Position numbers and translations under genes: made by a program. From Octopus sinensis (lineage: Eukaryota): a DNA stretch of 64,000 nt. Positions 53,558-64,000 of the stretch are shown here, in pieces; the first letter of the stretch is position 1, and each line of letters starts with the position of its first letter. The notes below the pieces were generated by a model. That model saw only the letters and a list, made by a program, of their open reading frames with translations. It was not told the origin of the DNA and searched no databases. The stretch spans positions 20,894,001 to 20,958,000 of the forward strand of contig NC_043015.1 of assembly GCF_006345805.1 (NCBI RefSeq). Reading direction: 5' to 3'.

Positions 53558-53960
53558 TACTCTTTACTCTTTACTTGTTTCAGTCATTGACTGCGGCCAT
53601 GCTGGAGCACCGCCTTTAGTCGAGCAAATCGACCCCGGGACTTATTCTTTGTAAGCCCAGTAATATTCTATCGGTCACTTTTGCCCGAACGCTAAGTGAC
53701 GGGGACGTCAACACACCAGCATCGGTGTCAAGCAATGCTGGGGGGACAAACACAGACACACAAACATATATACACACACACTATATAAATCATATAATAC
53801 GACAGGCTTCTTTCAGTTTCCGTCTACCAAATCACTCACAAGGCATTGGTCGGCCCGGGGCTATAGCAGAAGACAACACCACCCAAGATGCCACGCAGTG
53901 GACTGAACCGGAACCATGTGGTTGGTTAGCAAGCTACTTACCACACAGCCACTCTGCGCC
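53558..53960 (-). mobile_element. SINE family B, full length, young
   Basis: Reverse complement of the 51750 copy with scattered small indels. Confidence 0.95.
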
Positions 53961-53964
53961 TATA

Positions 53965-54290
<326 letters not shown>

Positions 54291-54519
54291 ATAATTGTAG
54301 GTAAGTATGTGAGCATATTTGCATAAATGTATATGTAATAGTGTGTATGTAAGTGTATATGACTTCATAAGTGTTATATATATACACACAGATAATATAG
54401 TAAAGTATATATATAAATATAAAAAAAAATTATATATATATACATGTATTAAATAGTGTGCATACAATTTACAATAATATATGTATGTATATTATATATA
54501 TATTATATTACTATATATA

Positions 54520-54563
<44 letters not shown>

Positions 54564-56183
54564 GATCTCTGAAATGTGCTCATTACTCATATCAGTACTG
54601 TTCACGTACAGGTATAAAATTATTTACACAAAACCTGACACGCAACACACATATGTCCATAGACATACACATACATTAATGCAGGTGGTATTTTATTCTA
54701 ATTGTTTCTGTAGCAGCTCATTTAGTGTCTTTTATCTTTTTGTACATTTGTCAGTGCATTTTTTATTGCTTTCAGCTTTCTGACGAAGATAACATGTAGT
54801 CTTGTAAATATTGCAAAGCAAGCATTTTGCAAGACTAACAAATATTTTTAGACCTCATACAGACTGCCAGTAGCATTTAGAGAGAGAGGGGGGCGAGACA
54901 GAGAGGGACAGGGAGAGAGAGAGAAAGACAGAAAGAGAGAGAGAGAGAGATGCTGAAAGGTCGGACAAATCAAAGTGTATTTGGAATATCGCAAAATGAA
55001 ATGGCAATCAGAAGAGGAATAGAACAAACAAAAACGGAAACAAATGACGCAATCGTATTCTGCCCAGAATTCTTCAGAAGGTAAATATTTTTGTGTGTGT
55101 ATGTGTAAATGTATATACATATGACCGTGTGTGTGTGTGTGTGTGGTAATAAACATAGTTTTTTTCTTATGTACACGCTTATATATATATATATATATAT
55201 ATACATACAAATACGTATAAACAAACGCATGTATATGGTCTTGAATACCAACACAGTATATGCACATTTATATGTGTGTCTATATTTACACGCGTAACTA
55301 TATGCATACAGCATACACGCAAATTAATTTATACACCCTCAAATATACAGATACACATACATATAAACATTCTTTTATACAAGCGTAGGTATGAATTATG
55401 CGCAGAAATGTGCGCCTATATTTATACACATACTATAAATATGCGCGTGCATAAGGTAAATTATGTGTGTGTATTTGTGTGTTGTTTTGTATATGTGTGT
55501 GTACGTATCACGTCAAGAAATACTAAAGAAATATTAAAGCGATTTTTCGGACCATTGCAACAACGAAGAGTATATACTAGAGAAAAACAGAGAAAAGAAG
55601 AAATAAGAGGAAACAAACACATTATCGAAAATGAACGATGCTCAGTAGTATAAATATAAAAACCAATGCTGCTACTTCGTATGTTCCTACATAACGTAGG
55701 AACAGTGAAAGTGTCTAGTTGCCAATTACTGAATTAATGCTATTTTAGCGTCAAATTTCTCCGAACGCCCTAAGTAATTTTTTTCGTTTCTTATCTCTGC
55801 TCGGGAAAAACGGTAAATTACTGACTTTTGTGATATTTTCGTTCCTACACGCAGAATGTAAAATTGCTGATGATAGCAAATGAAAATCTGTTCTTACTTC
55901 ATGAACACCTCTCATTTAATAAATGAAAGAAAACAGATGTACACATTTTTGGTGTAGTTCTATTTTCTATAACATGTGATATCTGCGATGGTGCATGATC
56001 TGGTGGTTAGGGTGTTTCGATTCTCGGAGCGGGCGGTGCATTATGTTGTTGAACAACACATTTTATTTTACATCATTCCCAGTCGATAAAGCCGTAAATA
56101 AGTTCCATCAACGGCTGGGAATCTTAACTTGCCATGGATTGTTGGCAAGAAAACTCAGTTAAACTCCTGCTTTATGAGTCTGA

Positions 56184-56437
56184 GTGGAGGTGCGTGGCTT
56201 AGTGGTTAGGGTGTTGAACTCATGATCGTAAGATTGTGGTTTCGATTCCAGGACCGGGCGATGCGTTGCGTTCTTGAACAAAACACTTCATTTCACGTTG
56301 CTCCAGTCCCCTCAGCTGGCAAAAATGAGTAATCCTGCGACAGACCGGCGTCCCGTCCAGGTGAGGAATTTCTACGTCACTGAAACTCGGAAACAGGCCC
56401 TTAAGAGCCTGGCATAACTCGAGAAGGAACAATTTTT
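56184..56437 (+). mobile_element. SINE family C, full length, with 13-bp target-site duplication
   Basis: A box TGGCTTAGTGG and B box GTTTCGATTCC. TTTATGAGTCTGA flanks both sides (56171-56183 and 56438-56450). Confidence 0.95.
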
Positions 56438-56650
56438 TTTATGAGTCTGAAGGGGTCATATGCAAAACTAAGTCTATATAACTGTGGAGGAAGAAATGGG
56501 GGAATGAAGACAACAAGGAATCTGTAATATTGCAACGTTCTATCAAAAATACCCGGTGATATGACGACGCTGCTTACCTTCTTTTAGGAAAGGCCCAAGG
56601 CCAGCTATTCCTCGTTTTAATCGGCTTAAACCATCGGCAGAAAATCTTAA

Positions 56651-56880
56651 TGGCGAGCTGGCAGAATCGTTTGCACGCTGGGCGAAATGGTTAGCGGTAT
56701 TTCGTCTGCCGTTACGTTCTGAGTTCAAATTCCGCCGAGGTCGACTTTGCCTTTCATCCTTTCGGGGTCGATAAATTAAGTACCAGTTACGCACTGGAGT
56801 CGATGTAATCGACTTAATACCTATGTCTGTCCTAGTTTGTCCCCTCTGTGTTTAGCCCCTTGTGAGTAATAAAGAAATAA
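56651..56880 (+). mobile_element. SINE family A, full length
   Basis: Highly similar to 32589-32820, including the ttaat.c.t.tgtctgtcct.gtt.gtcccctctgtgtttagccccttgtg tail. Confidence 0.95.
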
Positions 56881-56949
56881 ATAGGTAATGGTCCTGCCTG
56901 AGTAAGTGGTAAAGACTGTCGACTACTACTACTACTACTACTACATATG

Positions 56950-57120
56950 ATTTAAATGCAGTACCGTCTTCAGCTGCACGAAATATAAAATATTTTAAAC
57001 ACTCTCCTACAAAAGAAATTTCTTCCTAATTCTTACTGTTAAAATATTTAAGAAAAATTATATTAATATGTCCTACTTGTTAAAAAATCTATATTTTGTG
57101 CAGCTAAAGTGCATTTAAAT
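56950..57120. mobile_element. MITE-like element, ~170 bp, with bipartite inverted termini
   Basis: ATTTAAATGCA (56950-56960) is a perfect inverted match to 57110-57120. TTCAGCTGCACGAAATATA matches the reverse complement of 57090-57108 at 17 of 19 positions. Confidence 0.65.
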
Positions 57121-57829
57121 TGGTGATTGCATTGTCCATTTAAATGGAGCCGCCTGAAACGGTCGTACTGCGTTACTACTTGATATCCTGTTGCTTATTT
57201 TGCTTTTATTCACCTTATTTCGAGCTCTGCGGATAATACCGGACTGACTTGGTGTTTCAACTGAAGAACCTAGTTCAACTGAATCTTAATTATATATATA
57301 TATATTACACAACGAGCGCTTGCACAGTTTTTTCTTTGAAATTCATTTCACTCAGACGTCATTGTTCGACCTTGGGCTATAGTAGATAAAACAATCCCTA
57401 GGTGCTACACCGTCAGACTGAACCCGAATCCAGGTAGTTTCAAGGAAGTTGCTTAACCGCAAAATCATTGTCTGCGCGTAAATTTTTCTATAAATTTCAT
57501 AAAATTTAGGAAATAGTTACTTACAAGTCACATACGAAGCTGAGTGGGCTCATTAATTCATGTTAATCGAAATATATTGACAAAACTACTTTACGTTCTC
57601 CGTCATATTCTACCAGACAAAATAAATAAAATTTAAAGGGAAGAAAATATCATGACAAGAATAAAAAAGCCAAATAAATATACACACAATCAAAATTTCT
57701 AAAATTGATAAATATATAAAATAAAATAAAAATGACAATCATAAATGCAGAAAAGAATAAATATTTTACTCTCAATTATAAATACACACAAACACAAACA
57801 CACACACACACACACACACATTTCTCTTT

Positions 57830-58021
57830 AATCGTTTGTTTCAATGATTAGACTGCAGCCATGCTGGGGCAACGGCATGAAGAATTTTTAGTTGAATGAA
57901 TCGATCGCAGTACTTATTCTATCGGATCTATTTTGCCCAACCGCTAAGTTATATTCACGTAAACACACGAACGTCGGTTGTCAAACGGTAGGGCTGCCCA
58001 AAAGCAGACAATTCTACCCCC

Positions 58022-58077
<56 letters not shown>

Positions 58078-58222
58078 ACGGGCTTCTTTCAGTTTCCGTC
58101 TACCGAATCCACTTTGCTTGGCCTGAGGCTATAGTAGCAGACACTTGCCCAAGGTGTTAAACAGTGGAATTGAACTTGGAGCTACGTGGATGAGAAGCAA
58201 GCTACTTACCACACAGCCACGC
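57830..58222 (-). mobile_element. SINE family B, older full-length copy
   Basis: Both halves are recognisable, with internal (TA)n. Confidence 0.85.
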
Positions 58223-58282
58223 TTGAAAATATATATAAATGCATATTTTAAAAAAGAATGTATTAATGATAAAACCAATAGC

Positions 58283-58329
<47 letters not shown>

Positions 58330-60599
58330 AGGCATAAAAAATGTATATAAAAATAAGATTTTTTGATTAATTCGATATATAGAAATGGTTTGAACGTTAT
58401 TTTGGTTTATTTATGTAAATTATTGTCCTTGCGTTTTGTGTCGAAGTCTATGGTTGGCGCTGGAAGCTATGATGTTGGGGGTTAAATGGAGGAACTGTGG
58501 AAAATATTTGTTTTGCGTGTAAGCATCGGACTTTATTGAATAATTATAGAAGGGTCAGAACTGCAGTTCAATAACGTTAATCGATCTACTGAGCTATTAC
58601 CGAAACTTTCTTTCTCTTCCTACTTCTCGATCTGTGAGCACAGGGGGTGGGGTGTAGAGGTTTAGACTGGCGTCTATACTTATTTTACATGCATAACTAT
58701 ATCCATACATACACACCGATTCCGAGATACGTACTCTAAGAACTTGCAAATAATTTCATTTATTCAATTTGGTTTCGGCTAATCTATCTGTCTGTTCGTG
58801 TTTTGGGAAGACGTGTGGCCTTGTCGCTAGGGTGTAGAGTGCGTACTCTTAAGGACGTGTAGGCACGACTCCTGGAGTGGTCGGCGTTCTGTTACCTTGC
58901 TCTGGACACATCATTACACGTTATTCCAGTCTACTCAACTATAAGTGTGTATCAACCAAGAATTGGCGAAGTCCTTTCCTTCTAGTTATTATTTCTTAAT
59001 GTCATGCTGAAGCAAACGTGATGCTATCGACAGCGTTTCCATGTCTATTCGCGACTATACAGGCACCTAATACAATTAGCGAAAGCATGATACAAGCTAA
59101 CACATCCTTTCAGCCCTTTAGAGACAGTGATGCCGTTGCATATTTACACATACCATGATGTATGTATATTTATACACGTACAGGTATACAATAAAATTAT
59201 ATATATTCTCTACATTATATGATTTGTGTTAATACAGTTCCAGTCTTTGCTTGCATCGCAATTTTTAGCAATGATACAAACACAGATAGCAAAACATTGA
59301 CATTACTATATTTGTTAGGACGTATACTTGCGAGTGTGTGCGTGTGTAAGAGTATGTCTGTGCGAGAGTGTTTGCGCCTGTGTGTGAGTGAGCTTGAAGA
59401 TGGCACATAATTGCTACTGTTCAGAACGATTATATTTGCCGGTCAGTATTTCCGGTAAACTCGTTGATGCTCTCCACTGTGAAACACCTTGCGGAAGAAC
59501 CATGCTTCCTTACTCTCCAAAAACCATTTTTATATTCACCAGTGAAACATTTCTTCATTTTCTTTATTACACTGGCTCCTTTCATATTTTCTTTATTATT
59601 AGCAAAAAAGCCTTGAAGTCATCGAAGACGTGGTCTTTCAGTTTATTTCTATTACTTTTCTTCTATTAATTCAAATTCCAAAAAGGTATTTTATTTGCAT
59701 TTCTTTGACTGCAGATACGGCTCATAAGCTGGAAACGAATCTTTTGTTCGTTGGTTCTAACGGAAAATTTCAAAGAAGACATTGCATGTGAGAGGTTAAC
59801 TCCGTCTCAGTCACCGAAATCACACCGAGAATGGTTGGCTTTGAATTTTAATCGAGGTCTCTGTGGAAACGCTCTCCTCTCTTTTTACACCAGCCTGTAT
59901 AAACTTTCGCTGTCTTTTCTAATCCCCACTCACGCCACCACAACAACCACGGATTCGCAGTGTTGCTTTATTTCATTTTTTTCTTCATTATTTCGATCTT
60001 CTTCGTTCTTTCTCTCGTTCTTGGTCAGTCTGTCTATATTTTTCATTCCATAACATTTCTGTAGCTATCTCTCTATTACTCCTCCTCTGTGTATGTGTGT
60101 ATACATATATATATGTCTATATCGCCCCTCTCTTACCTCTGTCTATATCCCTGTCCATATCTCTCTCTCTCTATTACATCTATCTATCTCTATCACTTCC
60201 TCTCCCTCTATTTCTCTCTCTCTTTCTGTCTTTCTCTGTCTGTATCTCCCTCGGTCACTCACTTCTTATATCCTGACCCCTGTCTGCCTCTCCCCTCATC
60301 CTCCGTCACCTTTCAGCATTTATTTATATCTTTCAACAGTTCGGCAGAAAAATAAATGAATAAATAAATAAACAAATGAAAGTTCAACAAACAATCGATG
60401 AAGTTTTTATTTCTTCGTAAAGGCCGTTAACCAGTTTACAAGTGAGAGATCAATGAAATGATCAACTTCAAATACCTATCGATTTACAAACTGATCACTA
60501 AAACATTTAAAAGCAACAACACTCGCAAATACAAAGAACGTAAAAAAAAAAAAAACAAATTAAAGATGATAATAGTAATAATGATAAAAATGCTTTAAA

Positions 60600-60821
60600 G
60601 TTTTGGCACAAGGCCAGCAATTTTAAGGGAGGGGTAATGTTAGTTTTATCGACTCTAGTGCCATAGTGGCACTTCTTTTATGGACCACCGAAAGGATGAA
60701 AGGCAAAATCAACCACAGCGGAATTTGAACTCAGAACGTAAGACGGACGAAATGCCACGAAGCGTATTGTCCGACGATACTAACGATTTGGCCAGCTCGC
60801 CGCCTTGATAATAATAACAAC

Positions 60822-60859
<38 letters not shown>

Positions 60860-60890
60860 TAACAATAATAATAATAATAATAATAATAAT

Positions 60891-60923
<33 letters not shown>

Positions 60924-61020
60924 TTTTACTCTAGTAAAAAGGATTATTATTATTATTATCTTTATTTCATCGAGCCGCACACTCACGAAAGGATAAACGG
61001 CAAAGTCGGCCTCGGCGGAA
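60600..61020 (-). mobile_element. Two SINE A copies (60600-60808 full, 60960-61020 fragment) separated by (AAT)n/(ATC)n
   Basis: Reverse complement aaggcggcgagctggccaaatcgttag...gttctgagttcaaattccgc. Confidence 0.85.
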
Positions 61021-61859
61021 TAATGATGCTGATGCTGATGATGATTTAAAATAAAATTGACTGAAAAAGCAAAACTGCATTGAACGAAGACTATATTTCA
61101 GAATAAAATAAAACAAAATAAAAACTAAGGGTATGAAATACGAATGATTGAAATATAAAACAATTTAAGATTTAAATATAAAATAAAATAACATGTACTA
61201 ATTTGAAATAAAATAAGCTATAATATAATTAAATTAATTATAAGGTAAAATATAATGAAGTATTATAAAATAAAATGTGATGAAATAAAAATAAGAGATA
61301 AATTGAAATATAACTGTTTCAAAATTTTTCCATAAAGTCATCAATTATAGAGGAGTTGGTGGGAGGTGGTTAGTCGACTCCAGTACTTATTAAATCTGGT
61401 AATTATTTTGTCTCTTTTACTGAACTGTTATGACCTGGGGACGTAAACAACCCAACACCACATTTGACATGGTAGGACACACAAATGCATATCTATAAAC
61501 ACGACAGACTTCCACGTAGCTTCCCGTCTATCAAATTCGAACCAGGGTGTACTAGAAAACACTCGTTCAAGCTACTGCGCAGTGGGTCCACGTGGACTGC
61601 AAAGCTTCTAAACCACGCAGCCATGCAAAATAAATATCAAAACATTATCAAGTAAAATAATAAAAAAAAGAAAACTAATAAATCAACACAAAACAATTAC
61701 GAAGCGAAAAAAGCAACTTTTTTGAAAATTTGATCTGTGCATAATCGATATTTCACATTTATTGGTTAACTTGGTTAAGTTGAATGTTTCGAGTTTTTGG
61801 TAACACGTTTGAAGTTGTTTTTATTGATGGTTGCTATTGTTGTAGTTGTTGTTGCGGTC

Positions 61860-62430
61860 TTTTAGTTGTAGGTCAAACCTGATTGACTGGAGCTATGATC
61901 AAAAGCATACCTGCCTTCACCATCATTTTGCTTTGCTTAAAGAATTTCAGACCATTTTAAACAACTTGTCTTTAAAATGTGCTGTTTGGAGATTTGGTTG
62001 CTATTTTCAGTAATTCAAATGGTCACAGAGAGGATCCCATATTAGTTGTTGTTTTGCTGTTCAGGCGAAACTCTGTCATACCAACCGTGACCATCTCATA
62101 GTTTCCTTATGATAAGAGATAAAGTGCCATTTCAAACAACGTGTCTTGAGATAGTGGAAATTTGATTGCTATTTCTAGCAATTCAATCGACCACCTAAAG
62201 GTTCTCTCGTAGTCCTTAACAGAAATTGCATAGCAGTAGCTTCTTGTTGGCGTTATTGATCCTTGAGCATAACTTGACGGAGATTTGACCGCTGTTTCTA
62301 GAATGTCGTGGTGGGGTGGACGACGACATTAAGGATCCCTCGATAATTCATTCATGTTTCGCACAAGGTCAGCTATAGGTGCGCCGACAAGTGTCCAACA
62401 GCATTCCAGCCATAACCATCACAGCATTTT
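61860..62430 (+). repeat. Repeat family D, three to four degenerate tandem units (~120-170 bp)
   Basis: GATTTG..YGCTRTTTCTAG-like motif at 61991, 62160 and 62282. GCATWCCARCCRTRACCATC-like motif near 61900, 62076 and 62401. Confidence 0.7.
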
Positions 62431-63254
62431 CTAAATGGAAAATATGGCCATCTCTTTGTAACATTTCTAGTATATGGTTAAAGGAAACTTTACTGCTATT
62501 TCTAATATTTTCAACAACCATACAGCAAGTGCATTGTTGTTGTTCTCGTTGTTATTCTTGTACGTTCTTGCTGTTGTAACCTTATTCCTTTCTACTCTAA
62601 GCACAAGGCCCGACATTTTTGGGTAGGAGACCAGTCGATTAGATCGACCCTAGTACGCAACTGGTACTTAATTTATCGATCCCGAAAACTATTTCTGCAG
62701 TTGTTATATATCAGTCTTTGGAGTTTCTTCTTGCGGTCCTCACTTCTATGCGCGCGTGTGTGTGTGTATATATTTCTGCGATGATACTTGTGTGGGAGGG
62801 CGTGCACGTTCACATAAGTTTATACGTGATTTTGTGCGTGCGTATGTTTGTATGTACGCAGCTGTCCGAGGCGAATTTCTTCTTTTATTTTCGATACATA
62901 CACACACACATATATAATATTGTCGGAGTGACGACACCCTCTACAAGGCACATTCTATTTCTCCCTTTAAATAACATGTTTCAGTCTCTCAGGAGGAGCA
63001 ATTTATCTTCCTGACCTGCAATTTCTATGAGAATATGAAGTCTAAGGATTCTGCCAGGTTGTCGCCTTTAATAATACTAATAAGAATTATTATTATTATG
63101 CTTTCTGATTGAAACACAAGACCAGGAATTTTAGAGGGAGAGAATTACTCAATACAATCAAGAGAAATACTCCGACTGGTACTTTCAAAGGACAAAAAAG
63201 ACAAGAAACGAACTTGTTGGAAGAATAAACAAGTACACGTTAGAAATACATAAA

Positions 63255-63340
63255 AAAGTAAAATTGACCTCGGCGGAATTTGAACCCAGAATGAGCAGAC
63301 GGATGACATGCCGCTAAGCATTTTGCCAGCTCACCGCCTT
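63255..63340 (-). mobile_element. SINE family A, 5' fragment
   Basis: Reverse complement aaggcggtgagctggcaaaatgcttagcggc...tctgggttcaaattccgccgaggtc. Confidence 0.8.
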
Positions 63341-63360
63341 AATAATAATAATAATAATAA

Positions 63361-63722
63361 CAAGAGCACCCAGAGAGCGCAAACCTCCGCCAAGCAACAC
63401 CATGTCCTCTTAACGATTAGCTGGAGATGATTTTTAAAATGAGAATATCTGAAATAACCTTCACTGCTCTCACAAACGAGGATATTAAAAAGGAAATCAA
63501 CCGCTCTCAAAAATTAGGTAAAATATCAGGAACAACAATCCAGAATCCTTGTTCTGTACCAGGTCGATCCCAAAATCAAATCAGTTCGTGCCAGTAATGA
63601 GGCCAGACATCCCTGAAATCTTCATCCAAATCTATCGAGCGGTTCTTGAGCTATCTTGTCCACGGACAAACAAACAAACGCGACTGAAACAATATCTCCA
63701 CTTAAGCAAAAGCGGAGGTAAT
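63361..63722. mobile_element. Non-autonomous DNA element resembling DINE-1/HINE (Helentron-associated) structure
   Basis: Subterminal ACCTCCGC (63383-63390) is inverted to GCGGAGGT (63712-63719). Also an internal (CAAA)n microsatellite, a short terminal hairpin atctcc...ggaggt, and AAT-rich flanks. Family assignment is inference. Confidence 0.45.
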
Positions 63723-63734
63723 AATGGTTTCAAA

Positions 63735-63940
63735 TTTTGCCACAAGGACAGAAATTTGGGGGAAGAGGATGAGTCGATTACATGGACCCTAGTGATCAAC
63801 TGGTACTTATGTCATCGATCCCGAAAGAAGGAACGGTAAAGTCGACCTCAGCGGAATTTGAACGCTGAACATAGAGACGAGCGAAATACCGCTAAGCATT
63901 TCATCCAGCGCGCTAATGATTCTGCCAGTTCGCCACCTTA
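63735..63940 (-). mobile_element. SINE family A, full length
   Basis: Reverse complement aaggtggcgaactggcagaatcattagcgcgc...gcttagcggtatttcg...gttcaaattccgctgaggtcgacttt. Confidence 0.9.
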
Positions 63941-64000
63941 AGAATAATAATAACCGTAATAATTTCGGTACAAGGACAGCAATTTTTAGGGGAGGCATTA

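Noticed and set aside
62990-63060. EEQFIFLTCNFYENMKSKDSAR as an exon
   Set aside because: The donor is weak (GTTGTC) and the 3' part is an antisense SINE A head remnant.

Overview
AT-rich eukaryotic DNA with very dense microsatellites and many short retroposons. The three tRNA-headed SINE families and the (TA)n/(CA)n/(ATT)n load fit a coleoid cephalopod, most likely Octopus. That assignment is recall-based inference, not a database result. I found no intact, recognisable protein-coding gene. Nearly every entry in the ORF track is translated microsatellite or SINE. Well-supported content: many copies of three SINE families (called A, B, C here; two copies have clear target-site duplications); a decayed Penelope-like element (RT plus GIY-YIG, Naiad-type motifs) at 15.3-16.45 kb; a mariner derivative built from two inverted left ends at 10.46-11.32 kb; RTE-LINE fragments; several MITE-like elements; and a dispersed, locally tandem ~120-170 bp repeat. 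The most interesting signals are: (1) a near-complete minimal type I hammerhead ribozyme fold on the minus strand at 46353-46397, plus two further hammerhead-core relics of the Penelope pLTR type; (2) long palindromes and an A-B-A'-B' crossed inverted repeat that would give long dsRNA if transcribed; (3) an apparent split of insertion niches, with SINE B in (TA)n and SINE A beside (ATT)n. A few short candidate exons suggest the window may be intronic to a long spliced gene, but this is unproven and the strand is unresolved.
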